A stretch of DNA of 63,340 nucleotides, filler included, from Sphacelaria rigidula (lineage: Eukaryota), in assembly GCA_964200075.2 (NCBI GenBank). It is 11 parts of 11 records of this genome, joined end to end, with 100 filler letters (N's around TTAATTAATTAA, not from the genome) between each part and the next. Parts side by side here need not be neighbours in the genome. Positions count along the whole stretch, not along the records: positions 34,606 to 40,272 come from CAXNAA020025432.1; positions 40,373 to 46,039 come from CAXNAA020025433.1; positions 46,140 to 51,806 come from CAXNAA020025434.1; 8 more parts are not named here. The stretch is one strand, 5' to 3'. A model generated the notes under the pieces. That model did no database searches. It worked only from the letters and a program-made list of their open reading frames with translations, and was not told the DNA's origin. This document shows, piece by piece, positions 38,843 to 51,250 of this stretch. The position numbers and the translations under genes are program-made. The first letter of the stretch is position 1; each line of letters opens with the position of its first letter.

Positions 38843-38919
38843 TGCACGTTATTTTCGTTTTGAAAAAAGGCGGGGAAGCATGTAACATGACCGAATACTG
38901 GTACATCACTACTGCTTGC

Positions 38920-39277
38920 TACGGTCGCTTCTTATGGCAAACAAAAATTCAAATCTGGAAAAAAAGCCCTTTTGGATCTTCTGCGTCGTTTCACGCTCTG
39001 CCATTTTTGTGGGCTATAGACCGGTCTCCGAGAAAAATCAGGGGTCTCCGAGAAAAATTCGTGTTTCGCCAAAACAATAACTGCGCAAAAGTAGCGCTTT
39101 GGCTTGTCGGACCCCGCTGTCACACATATTTCGTTCTTGGACAAGGGATCTGAGAGTTATCTTCGATTTGTATTTGTGTATTGTGGTAGCACATGAGCTG
39201 TCCGACGTGTGCAAGGTTGAAAAGAGTAGCAGTTTTTTGCAGATTTGAATTTTTGGCTGCCGTAGGAAGCGCCTACG
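38920..39277. repeat. Inverted repeat pair (~45 bp) upstream of the BED-finger ORF
   Basis: cgcttcttatggcaaacaaaaattcaaatctggaaaaaa versus ttttttgcagatttgaatttttggctgccgtaggaagcg. Confidence 0.7.
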
Positions 39278-39384
39278 AGGAGGACAATCGTGTAAACAAG
39301 ACAGCATCCATCGACCCCCACGCAATCACAACAACCAAAATCGACATCGCAGCTCGTGACGCTCAGCAAGTGAGAAACCTCATC

Positions 39385-39858
39385 ATGCCTGGTGATACCA
39401 GTAGTGCTGATTCGACGGAGGCTTCATCACCACCCGCCGCTGCGGGGGCAGCCGCCGCACCAATTATTGTTCCCGACGGCAATGCCGCCGCCTCGGGTAG
39501 GGGGAGCGACGACCACGCTCTGGTGAACACGACAGTATCATCCAGTAGCTACAGTGTGTCTGCAATCCAGGACGCTCAAAAGGCATCCGATTGCCCGGAA
39601 GGGTACAAGCTGTACATCATCGCCACTAAAGAAAAAGAAAGATCACCCATGTATGCCAATGGGGTGCGCGTGGTGGCTACAAGGAACTTTGATCCCAAGA
39701 AACCTATCCCCCACCGGTGGTACTGCATGGCCAGCAAGAGGTGCCGAGATCGTAAGGCGTGCATCAAAATCAACGCCAAGAACACAACGGCGGCGACGTT
39801 TCATCTGTCTAGCGTTCACGGGATCATGTCGAGGAGAGGACAGGACGTCATACAAAAA
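39385..39858 (+). CDS. First exon of a BED-type zinc-finger protein, probably hAT transposase-derived
   Basis: RSPMY...WYCMASKRC...NTTAATFHLSSVH gives a C..C..H..H BED pattern; 158 codons ending at AAA|GTGAGA. Confidence 0.6.
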
Positions 39859-42364
39859 GTGAGAAATGCGGGTACTAACCACAGCCCACGCCCGTTTCAA
39901 CTAGGGGAAAAGCCTGTTGAATTAATTTTTGATGCAGTACTATTCCAGGCTTTTTGTTTCATTCAATTTTGTATTCATTGTAAGTTGATATTTGTGTAAC
40001 ATTATCCAATTTGAATTTTTACTGTAGGGATCAATTATTTTAGACTGAACAGAATTTTGTAATTCCATCTAATTTGATTGCTATTTCCTCTCGTAGATAT
40101 GCCTGTACAATGATACTGTTAGTTTAACTTTGTTTTACTTCATTTTTTATGAAGTGGATTGGCAATTTTAGGCCGGATGTTATGGCAAACAGAATTTTGG
40201 CCCACGGATTGTTCACTTTCATGACGTTTGACCCACCTTTTGTCCCCCAAGCCGAGAAAACCGCCAACACACNNNNNNNNNNNNNNNNNNNNNNNNNNNN
40301 NNNNNNNNNNNNNNNNTTAATTAATTAANNNNNNNNNNNNNNNNNNNNNNNNNNNNNNNNNNNNNNNNNNNNTGCTCCCTCCCGGCTTTATAGGGATGCG
40401 AGGTCAATCATCAAATGACCACATCATGCAGGATCATGAGTCCCCCCCCCCCCCCCCCTGTGATGACATGACTCGACAGTTACTAGATTTTGGGATGTGA
40501 AGGGTTGAAATGTGCAACAACTCGAGGTAGTAGGGAAGATTGCATTGAAGATGTGAACCGAAGAGTGTAAGCTGTTCGATATTTTGTCATCCCGTCGGGC
40601 CCGGGTTCAAAAGCGGCAGCAGACTAACCCTCTCGGTGTGATCGGGACACAAGATTTTTCGCTATGTCCCTCACTTCGCCATTCTTCCTAGGTTGATAGT
40701 CACGTGGTTCTGAGCATGCTGTTGAATACTAAAAGACACACACCTCCCACCGTCCATGCCCGCGCACTCCATCTGCTGTTGTGGTATATCAGGTGAGCCA
40801 GCGAAACAGGCGGGAGAGGCGATTTGTTCTCGACAATGAGGTGTGCACCAAGCTGTGATCTTGCGGTGACTCGGAGAGGACGGTGTGCAAGAATGGGGAG
40901 ACCAACCCTACTACTGTACCGCGGAGGAGTAGCCGTGTTGCAACGGTTGTCTCTCTCTTGCCCGCGCTCGCCGTTCAGGCGGCGCCGACGCATGACCCCG
41001 TCCCCTGACCCAGCTTATGAGGAAAGGTGCAGACGCTGATGGGAAAAATGGAGTGGAGATGACCGCACGTGAGGCGTAGAGCGCAAGATTGGCTGCAAAA
41101 AACTTGGCTGCAAGTACAGCATCGACAGAAGCAGCCTATGGCGTTAGGGTAGCTATGACCATGGAAGATGTTGTCACCTGCCCGCTTCGAGATGCATCTT
41201 TGTATCCTTCTTCAACTGACTTTATAGACGACATGTACACGAGGGGCCATCGGAATTGCCAGAGGAGGCGCGTGGGTGGAAGGTGGGCAGTTACCTTCTG
41301 CAAGGGGGATACCCCGAGCACTGCGCGGGAAGGCCCGAGGACAGCCGTCTAACTCCCGGGCTTTTCAGCAGAGAGAAGATGGCGGCAGCGACAGGCCCGA
41401 CTAAGGCGTGCCACGTACTTTATCTTTGAACCCCCCTGAAATCGAAACTTGACGCTGCCGAGTTTGAGGGGTTCTATTGAGCGACCCAGAGTAACTTGCT
41501 GCTTACGTCATTCCAAAGTATCACCTGTGAGCTGAAGTCAAATCTAAATGGGTATGGGGGCGATCTATCTTGAACTCTATGGGCGCACGCGATGCGGCTG
41601 CAAAGACACAGAGCATGATGACGAGTGTAGTAACTGTCGACCTCGTGCCGATGCGGAGAATGGATAGCGCCGTCGTTTCAGCGCACTGCCGCGGGAGTGG
41701 TCGGGTTACACAGTTTTTAAGCGGGCAAGCACGAATACAGGGGGGGGCAAAGATGAGAAACGCTGAGTTTAAGGCGAAACGGGCGGTGCACAAAGTCTGA
41801 TAGGAGGCTTACTCCGAAGGAGCTTAATAGCACTCTATATACGCTCGCAGCGATCGCAACGGTTGCGGGGTAGAGGACTCGGTGAACAGGAAAAAAAAAA
41901 CTTGGGTTTTGTTGTTGCAATTGATCGCCTTCTCCGAAAAAAGTGTCGGAATATTGTTGTTAGATGCCAATGCATTTTGGTTTCAAGTCTTGTCTGCGTG
42001 AATGCGGAGCGCGGGTCTGTGTGTACAGTAGGTTACCTGACTTGCGTTGCGCTCACCGTGTTTGGTTGGGTTCCGTCCTGCCGGGTGGGAACGGTTTGTT
42101 TTCCGTATGTGTGTGTGTCTTCTGCCTAGTCTGGGTGCTTCTCTCCGGCAAGTATTTGAACTTTTATTGGATTGTTGCGGGAAAGTCTCGTTTGTGTTGT
42201 GGTAATTTGGCTTGGTGTGGGCACTTTCGTTTAGTGAAACAATGTATGATGCCCAAATTTTGGTGGTAAGCCTGTTGAGTGTAAAGTTGGGTTCGATGCA
42301 GGAGAGGCAGTTCGTTTTGATATGTTGACACTTTCTACGATACCCCCCCCCCCCACTAAGTACA

Positions 42365-42720
42365 CCCCCCCCCCAAAACAAAAAGTGCCTGGTTTGGGGA
42401 GGCAAAATGTTCACGTGAATTGAAGTTAACAAAGCCGAGCACGAGCAGCTGGGAATTCCCACGCTTGGGTTCGTTCTCGCCGATGTCGCCTACATGAGGC
42501 GCTTCATGGAGTCTGAACCCAAACATCAGGCACTGTGTGACCATTTTTTTCGTGACACTTTTGGGCTGGTTTTAGGGGTGGGGGCTGTCGTCAAAAATGT
42601 CTGTGGCTGTCGCCAAAAATGTCTGTCACGCGGTTCCGGGGATGGAGTATGTCGACTTGACCAGGATAAAAAAATTACAGAACAGTCCACTCCGGTACCT
42701 TTGTGCCGTACATGCTGTTG
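42365..42720 (+). repeat. Diverged repeat; second direct copy at about 44412-44800
   Basis: atgtcgcc(t/g)acatgaggcgcttcatg(g/c)agtctgaa...atcaggc.ctgt..gaccatttt is shared. Confidence 0.8.
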
Positions 42721-43463
42721 TCGAGGGGGAGTGCGGTGTTTCCGTGACACACCGGGGTTCTGTTGCAGGAATGATGGAGACCCTTGAATTGTAAGTATTA
42801 AATATGTCTCCGGAGCGGAAGAAATCTGAAATTTTCAGAAACAAGGCAAGTTTATGAAGACATAGTACATGTATCCTGTACGTCTTGGTAGGTGGTTGCC
42901 GTTCCTGCTGCTGCTACTGCTGCTCATGTGTTCTCTTCCGTTGCCATTTGGTCAGCTAGGATACCAACGACGTCGAGGCGCTACGGAGCAACGCCGCCAG
43001 ACTCGGTGTTCCCGTACTGACTGTACCTTCATCGTGTCGACGCAAAAAACGAGAAATCTACGAATGTTTGGTCCCGTGCGTGCACGGAGTGCAACGCGGC
43101 AGGCGAAGCGTAGTGTGCGCAATAGGGAGCAGAACTCGCTTGTTCAAGTACAGCAACGCCGCCTAGCATCATCCCCTAGCTGCTCTTCGTTGTCAACAGT
43201 GTTTCAACCCTAACCCCACTATATGTTTTACCCGCGTGTCAATATCTTGTACATGATGTGTACCAACAGCCGTGATGCTTTTCCCATGTTCCGCTTATTC
43301 GTTCGTCCTTCTGCTGATTTCTGACCGATCTTCCGGGGTACTTACTATACACATACATACCGCGCCCCCTCACTCCCCGCCCCTGGATCGCTTTTACCGT
43401 GAACTGATGAATAACACTGCCCCGATGTCCGGCCTCGTGGGCGATGAACCTGAAAAAAAGCAG

Positions 43464-43622
43464 ATCGATTTTAGAACCGTCAAAGGCGTCGTCAGTTTGG
43501 GGCTCCTCGACGGACGGTGTGTCATCCGTGGCTCCTCGTGCTACCGTCCGCTACGTCCTGAGGGCCGAGGACATCGCTACCGGGCGCGAATGGCTGGTGT
43601 TCCCTCGATATAGCGACTTCAG
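43464..43622 (+). CDS. PX (Phox homology) domain protein exon; acceptor uncertain (43464 or 43475)
   Basis: VRYVLRAEDIATGREWLVFPRYSDF fits PX beta-strands and the RYSDF motif. Confidence 0.75.
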
Positions 43623-45386
43623 GTCGGTTGGTACTCGTTTGTACATACCTAGTTTTTTTTGTTTTTTTATCGACATCTGTTGACAAGTTGTCTTCGATGT
43701 TTTGTTTTTTTTTGTCGGTGTCGGTGTCGGTGTTCGGATTTTGAGTTGAAAAAATTCTCATGTTGTGGTTTTGGTTTTGGGTTCGTGTGAGTGTCTCGGC
43801 AAAAAAAAAATGTAAGCGAGCAGACAGACGCAGCACCCGAGCGGTTTGTTAGGTTTCATCGGAGTTTATACCTACTCTTTTTGTACTACAAGATGCATTG
43901 GAGTACGGCGAGAAATGCGGGCGAAGAAATATGGCGGGCTCTCGATGAAAGTCTGCACGAGGATGCGTATGCCGTCGCATGGACGTGATTTAGGCGGAAC
44001 ACGAAAACTAGATATGTTGTTTGGAGAGCACTTTTGTGTAGTTCTACCGGTTCGCCTCCCGCCCTCCTGCGGCCCATAATCAGCAGGCTTCGGGCAGAAC
44101 AATCTTAGAAGGATGCAGCACGCCCTTTATGCGACTCGCCAAACACATCACCGCGCTTCGCGCTTGGTGGTTAAATTCGAGCCTGGTCCGGCGAAAACCC
44201 GGCGTGCTCCGTCCCGGTTCTGTAGGAATGCGAGGGCAATGGTCTTGTGACTGAGGCATGCAACATCTTGAGTACCCGTCCTGCTCCCGGTGCCGTACAC
44301 GACGGACACGTAGTAGAGTTCTATGTTGGATTCTAGGCTTTCGTGGGCTTCTGCCTTGTTCCTATTTTGGGTCTCACTTTCTTAACCTGCGTGATGCCGT
44401 GGTAGCCCCCCCTTCCCCCCCCAGAGAAGTGGCTGGTTTGAAGAGGCGGAAATTACATGCGGATCAAAATTACAAAAGCCGAGTATATCGCGGAGCTGGG
44501 AACTTCTCCGCTTGGGATCGCTTTCACCAATGTCGCCGACATGAGGCGCTTCATGCAGTCTGAAGTCAAAGATCAGGCGCTGTACGACCATTTTATTTGT
44601 GACAGTTATTGGGCTGGTTGGGGGGGAGGGTATCGCGGCATCACTCACGTGCTGAGTTTCTTCGAGTAGACGTGGCTGTGCTTTATGCTGCGTGCGGGAT
44701 AGATGTCCGTATCCAGGCTGTTGAAAGTCAAGAAGATGCTTGATTTTTTCGTATATTGCCCGAACCGCGTAGTCCCTTCGACGGTGTTGATGGAACATGT
44801 CTCGATTATAGTCGTCGTAAGATCTTTCTTGAGAATTACAATAGGTTGTGCTTGTTTGCCGGCTGTATAGAAATGCGAATGTGCCACACAACCGTTGATA
44901 TGGCTATCTTTTGAGGTGGAGCGCCTTGGTTATTGGCTCTGCCGCTACTGTTACCCTCACCTTGCCCGTCCCATGTGCGCCACCCCATGACTAACGCACA
45001 ACGTATTTACGTATGCTACTTCTTCGGGTGTTAACCCTCCTTGTTTTCGTCCATTCAGCTCGCTTTGGGAACTGATCGCGCTGTGCGATTCGACACAAAA
45101 CACGAAATATGTCAATCTTACGTGTTGTTCAAGTCTCCAGTGGATGACTGGCGTTGTTGGTGAACATTTAATTTAGTCAACTTCAAGCAACTGTGCAATT
45201 TTTCCCCTTCTCTCTCCTTCCCCCTTCTTCTTACACAGCACTTCCGTGTGTTTTTTATTCTTCCTGTGCCTCCCGTGTGTTCCATCGAGGTTTCATGAGC
45301 GGCCGTGTGAACATATCATCTCCATTTTACATATATATATTTGTATTCGTGTACGTGTCTGTCCACCCTCGGGCGAAACTTTCCAG

Positions 45387-45584
45387 CGAACTTCATCAAG
45401 AACTTCTGGCGCTCTGGCCGCCCATCGCGGACCTTCCTTTCCCGGCCAAACGACCGGTCACCGGCCTGCTGCTCGGCGCTGTCGGAGTAGGGGGCGCGGT
45501 TGTCGAAGAGCGGATAGTGGGTCTGGAGGCGTTTTTGCATGGCGCTCTTACTCTTCTTGGTATCTACACCTCCGTGGATCCAAG
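45387..45584 (+). CDS. PX domain protein, next exon
   Basis: (S)ELHQELLALWPPIADLPFPAKR...VVEERIVGLEAFL; AG|C joins in phase with the previous exon. Confidence 0.8.
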
Positions 45585-47039
45585 GTGAACGAACCGCCAC
45601 CAACGTCGTTGAGGTGTATTGAGGTTGTGTGTGTGCTCGGCTGGTATGTATGTGGGGGCGGGGGGGGGGGGGTACTCACGATCTTGCATGCCGTAGTCAT
45701 TTGATCATTGGGAGGGGGGGGGGANNNNNNNNNGGGGTTTTTGCGTGTTGTGGGTGTGCGGTTTGGTGTGTGTTGGGGGGGGGGGGGGGGAGAGATTGCC
45801 CGTTTTGAGCGACTGGATAGTTGCTGGTGCTGTTTGTTGCTGTCAAATCCCATTTGTTTTGCGCTGGAAGTGGAAACAGAAGTGCAACATGTCGATGGGA
45901 AAGGCTGTTGTAGTACCAGGAAAGGTTGGCTGATGCGGGGTCGAACGCGTTGATCCGTGCCTTGGAGGACTGATGGGGCCACCCTGGCGCAGGCGTCGTT
46001 GGACAGAGGAGGGGAGGGGGGGGGTGTACTCATGATCATNNNNNNNNNNNNNNNNNNNNNNNNNNNNNNNNNNNNNNNNNNNNTTAATTAATTAANNNNN
46101 NNNNNNNNNNNNNNNNNNNNNNNNNNNNNNNNNNNNNNNCCCGAAGATCGGTCAAGCCCGTAAGTCACTCATGATTGATCGCAGATAGTTTTCCTTTCCA
46201 TATTTGTCAAGGGGATTCAAATATCTCCAGATGCGCATTTTTTTGCATCCAACAGTCACCGTGATCTGTGATGAGCGGTGGCAAGCAAAACAAATTTGGA
46301 CAATCTTTGAGCAACTAAGAAATTACAGATTCTGCATACTTCTGACGCTGACTACTGTAGCACACGGGATCGCACACGCAAGAGAGATACATGTTGGCGT
46401 TGGCTGCCCAATTTTCGGTGTGTAGAGTGCTTGGTCGTCTTCGCCATTGCAAAATTAAATAAATTCTGTCGCGACACCGATTGTATCTTTACCGCAAGAT
46501 GCGACAACCCTGACCAGGCGGTGGGCATCGCGTGAGTACTGTCTGTACGGTACCGGTCAACACGGGTCATTCATAACGAAGCACTACGGCCAAAAACAGG
46601 GAGCCAGCAGCATCGATACCGATATAGTCCTCTTCTCGGGGTTGTGCCGTCCGGGCAGCATGAAACTTCGCACAACAACGACGATTGCTCTGTACTGTCT
46701 TATCTCATGCCCCATATCCAGAGCCGAATAGGATACAGGAGCAAGCTGAGCGCAAATCGAGACTGCAACGCCAACCCCGGCCACCGCAACCATACCACAG
46801 ACATGATCATGCTCATAACGAACGTTGGGTACACCAACCCGTATACAGAAATACAAAGCATCCCTCGTTAAATAGGTGCCGTACAGCCTTCTCGACCTAC
46901 CGTCTCATGGGTTCCTGATTTCCAATTCAGGAGGTGGGCCTGCGGGCAGTATGCGGGACAATTTCACACGTCGGACGAGCACGAGTATTACTAGTGGGAC
47001 TCGCACTCGTTGGGCTGCTAGTTGGCCGTAAAAACTGAT

Positions 47040-47815
47040 AGGGCGAGTACTCCAGTCATTGCTCGTTGTGGAAAAATTAAAAGGGCGAACACTCGAGTAT
47101 TTTCTCGTTGTGGAGAAGTAAACGACTCGAGCAAACGAGCCATTGCTCGTGATGAACGACTTGAGTGGAGGAGTCGGCAATCCGATGGGCAAATAATTAT
47201 CATGAGCTCTTCGACGAATTTTAACGTGGAATCTTCAAATTCATACTCGTATGCGTATCTCCACATGTGCAAGCGTCAAGCTCGAAAGCTCGTTTTCATT
47301 CTATCCGAGCACCCCCCCCCTCCCACACATACAGATCAGGATTCTACTGAAGCAGCGGAGAGTGTCTCTCGAGTAAAGTGCATTTACAGGGCGAGCACTT
47401 GAGTCATTCCTCGTTGTGGAAAAATGAATACTCGAGCACACCAAACAACGTTTTCGTGAGATGAAGCGTTTATTGAGAGAGGCTTTGGTCATCACTCGCT
47501 TAAACTCGGCCATTTCTTCATTATGTGTGTACTTTGCTTTGCCTTCATGACTTGCGTGAGCTCACAGCAACACGTCGATATCCTACTCAGGGATATTATT
47601 GAGGGCCTCAATGGCAAGCTTCTGCAGAAAGCATTTTGGGCGTCGTGGAGGGGCATCTTGGAACTGAAACGATTATTTCACCACTTGACCGCTCTCCACT
47701 CTCGATCGTATCGTCTACTACTACTCTCAATTTCACGAGAACACTGTTACCGCAGTCATTGCTCGTTGTGAAAAAAAAATGAGCACGAGTCACGAGTCAT
47801 GCTCGTTGTGTGGAT
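47040..47815 (+). repeat. Cluster of short (gtcattg)ctcgttgtg motifs, like transposon subterminal repeats
   Basis: The motif recurs near 47056, 47104, 47403, 47755 and 47795. Confidence 0.55.
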
Positions 47816-49959
47816 AATATCATAGCCGAATTCGAGGGGTGTATACCGCATATTGAAGTTTGCACATGCTTTTGGCCGAGAATAAAATGGACAATAATAG
47901 GTGATAATTGAGACATTATAGTATTACGCGGTATGTCCGCAGTTTGACACCATTCGCCCAGCCGGTCTCGGTTTTCTGTGCCGACGACGCGGGATAACTA
48001 GTGCCGCCGAACGTTTTCGACGTGCTCGCTGTCTTTCTCCCCAGGTCGAAGATTATTCTTGAACATCTCGTAACATTTTCGTACATGTTTTTGTTTCTTC
48101 TTCCGGACTCTACACACAGAATCGAAAGTGAAAAACCTCCAATTTCGACCGCGGGATTTCCCACGATGCCACCCAAGCGTCTCGTCCGGTGGTTAAGGAA
48201 ACACGCAACTGGTCATCTTTCGAGTAACTATTTATGGTGGTCTGTCAATCGTACCCGCTGATTTCAATCTCACGCCAACGTTAATATCACTCAAACACAG
48301 CGTTCAAATGTCCCGTTCAAGTTGTATTACCCTGCTGATGGCGGTCGCAGGAATGCCTTGCGATGGCATTGGGCTGCCAATCGTGTCGAAAATCGCAACG
48401 TTACGATGACCTAACTTTTCATCATTTTCGTTGCTGAGTGATGCTACGGTAGGGGTGCACACATATTTTCTGAGATTAGTATTCTTAGAAGCCCTCGATC
48501 TCACGCAAAACACCCCTGACGAAAATATGTGTGTATATATGTGAAAGTACGCCAGGAACTCTACTCCAATGTGGTGGGGACATCCCAAATGAATTTGCAA
48601 ACAGGGATGCCCTGATCCATAATCTTGTGCATCTAGAATCATTTGGAGTCCCTGAACTAGACAATATTTCGCGGACAAAGTGTACCCCTACCGTAGTATT
48701 GCTCTGCTGCTATACGTTTCCATCAGCGGCCTCATATATATATGCTGAGAACTAACTTCCTGGCACCCATCCTCAAACAACTAGTATCGTGTGTCCCACA
48801 GTGCTATGTCCGGCGCCAGGCCTTGCCGGTTGACCCTCGCACAACAACCGACAAGGACACGGTGATAGCGTCGCGGTCGAATGTTGAATACGGTCTGAAA
48901 ATAAGACCACAAATCCACGATAAAAACCTGGAGCCGATCTCACAGCAACAAATTTTACAGGAGTGACGCCCTACTACCTCTGCAACATTCATTGCCCGCA
49001 TCCGGCGGTCGACACACCCTAGAACCCCCGCAAGACCTCGCCGGCCGACCCTCCAACCTCAACCGAGAAGAAACCAAGCCTGTACGCGGCGCACTCTAAA
49101 CAACCCGGAACCAACGCCATCAACCCGCGATGAAAACATGAGATCGACCACGCAGCAGCAGTTTTGACAGAAATGGCGCCCCGGTACACATGCAAATCCG
49201 CTGTCCGCTCCTGCTTTCCACGGGGTGGTCTCGTCGGCCCTGTGCTGTATATCAACCCTTTTTAGACAGCCTGCTACCTAGTGACGTCTCCGATGCGGAG
49301 CAACGCGTGCATACATGTGCATCCATCACTGGGCGCCCCCACATGTGACGGAGGCATCTAGAGCCAAAGAGTCATCGCCAACTCCATCCAACATTGTAAC
49401 AACCGCACGGCTATTTTGGCCACCGCCCCTCATCGACGCGGGTGTGCTGATGGCGGCGGCAAATGAGCGCCCGCTTGAGGGCGCCGCGTGAGGTGGTTGC
49501 GCAGGCGTTGCGGACAGCAAGTCGCGGGCACCGCCCGTCATCATCTTCACAATCTGGAAGTCCGAGTTACTGCATCCGTTCCCCCGGCTGGGCATGGCGG
49601 CAGTGGCGACAGGCTGTGGTGTCGACGATGGCGCCGCGGCGCTCGCCGAAGCGGGTGGATCCCGGGGTGATGCATCGACATGGCCTGCAAATGTTTTTGG
49701 CAGACACACTTCTGCAGTGGACCCGTCCACGGGCGCAGATGTGTCGGCGCGGCAACCATGCGGGTCTCCGCCCGCCGACAATACGGCAGGTGCCGCTGCT
49801 GCAGGTGGAACCGCCGGCGACTCTTCCCCACAGTCGCCCAACGATCCCAGCAGAGCATCGGTGCTGCGACCATCCTTCCCCGGAGCCGTGAGAGTTTGCG
49901 GCCCCGGGGAGGGGCCGGCGCTCGTCGGCACAGTCCGCGGCAGGCGCTGGGACGGGCCC

Positions 49960-51250
49960 CTACGGAGGCGCTCGCATCACGGCACACAACTCACGCTTCA
50001 TGCTTCGCGCGTCATCGGCGAAGCCGAGCTCCTCCGCGAGGGTGATTCTCTCCTTCAACATGGCCATGTCCATATCGCGGATCTTCGCAACGAAGAACTC
50101 ATTCTTCTTCGCTGCAGACCGTCGAAGGATCGCGGCGACCTTCTCGACCGCTTCTGCTAGTCTCATGCCGGTCGAATCCTCCGTCGGCGGTTTCTGCAGC
50201 AGCTTCATGATGTCACGATGCCTTGAGTTCCCCCGGGTTATTCTCGCGTCCCTTTCCTTCGCCCGAGTCTTGCCCTGCCTGCTCCTTTTGTGGCCGACGG
50301 CCCTCTCCCAGTTTAATACACGGCTTGTCCGACTTGGATGAAGAATCGCTGCCGGCGCCGTCGTCGGCGCCGGCGCCGCCGGACCGAGTCGTGTTAGCGC
50401 TGTAGCGCCCAGGAGGCCCGCTTGATGGGGCGAGCTTGAGCTCTCCATCTGGAGTCTTCGACCATACCCCGAATAGTATAAATACCAGAGAATACACACT
50501 CAACCACGTGTTGGACAAAAGCACGAGAACCGTCACAGTTGGGCCCTTGTCCTCCTCCTGCGAACTGGCGCCATCCGCAGGGCGAGGACTGCTCTCGGGC
50601 GATGGCGAAGCCTTCCCCCCAGGGACGGTTGTCGAAGGCTCGTCTACGAGTTGCAGGATCTCGCCTTGCTTCATCTTGGCTTCATAATTTCGCCACATCA
50701 TCTGCTCTCGCCGCTCGGGTTGCAATTCCTACATTGCGACATGCAGTTGGCGAATCCTGTCCTCCGGCTGCTGCCCGGAAGGGATACACGCCGCATCTGA
50801 CGACGAGCTCTGGGGCATTAGCGTCAGTCTGCGAAGGCGATGCAATTTGTACGCAGCATGGAAAAAAATATGCGAGACTTGGTTTAGTATGTCTTGCGGC
50901 AAGGCAGGGCGTAGGATGCAAAAGGGGGGGGGGGGGGGGGAGGAGAGGGAGACGCAGCCCCCTGGCAGGGGACAAGAGTGAAATATCCAGTGGATACAAG
51001 CTAACAATAGTGAAGGGGAAAAATCAAGGAGGGCAGGTCGACAAATGAGAGCCAATGAAAGATGAGTACGAAAATTGCGGGGCGTCTGTAACATCGCTTC
51101 GTTTGGTGAAACGTGTTGGGTGTACCCGACACTTGTATCACGCCAAAACAAAGTTAACGCCGTGGGGGACAATAATCTGACGTTCGCCCACATCGACCTC
51201 ACCCCTTTGGGGGTACGGGATCTTTCATCCGCAGACCTACGGAAGCGAGT
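49960..51250 (-). pseudogene. Disrupted Myb/SANT- and NAM-associated-like gene, possibly a PIF/Harbinger accessory ORF
   Basis: RSRTPKGVRSMW (helix-3-like), IPSGQQPED, an in-frame stop near 50730, a frameshift near 50290 and a charged helical C-terminus. Confidence 0.4.

Noticed and set aside
48860..48990. Harbinger transposase motif trace (VAVEC..GLKIR)
   Set aside because: It needs frameshifts and no other catalytic motifs were found.
49326..50160. Long overlapping GC-rich ORFs on both strands
   Set aside because: Low-complexity Ala/Pro/Ser content with no recognisable domain; they are likely shadows of the adjacent relic.
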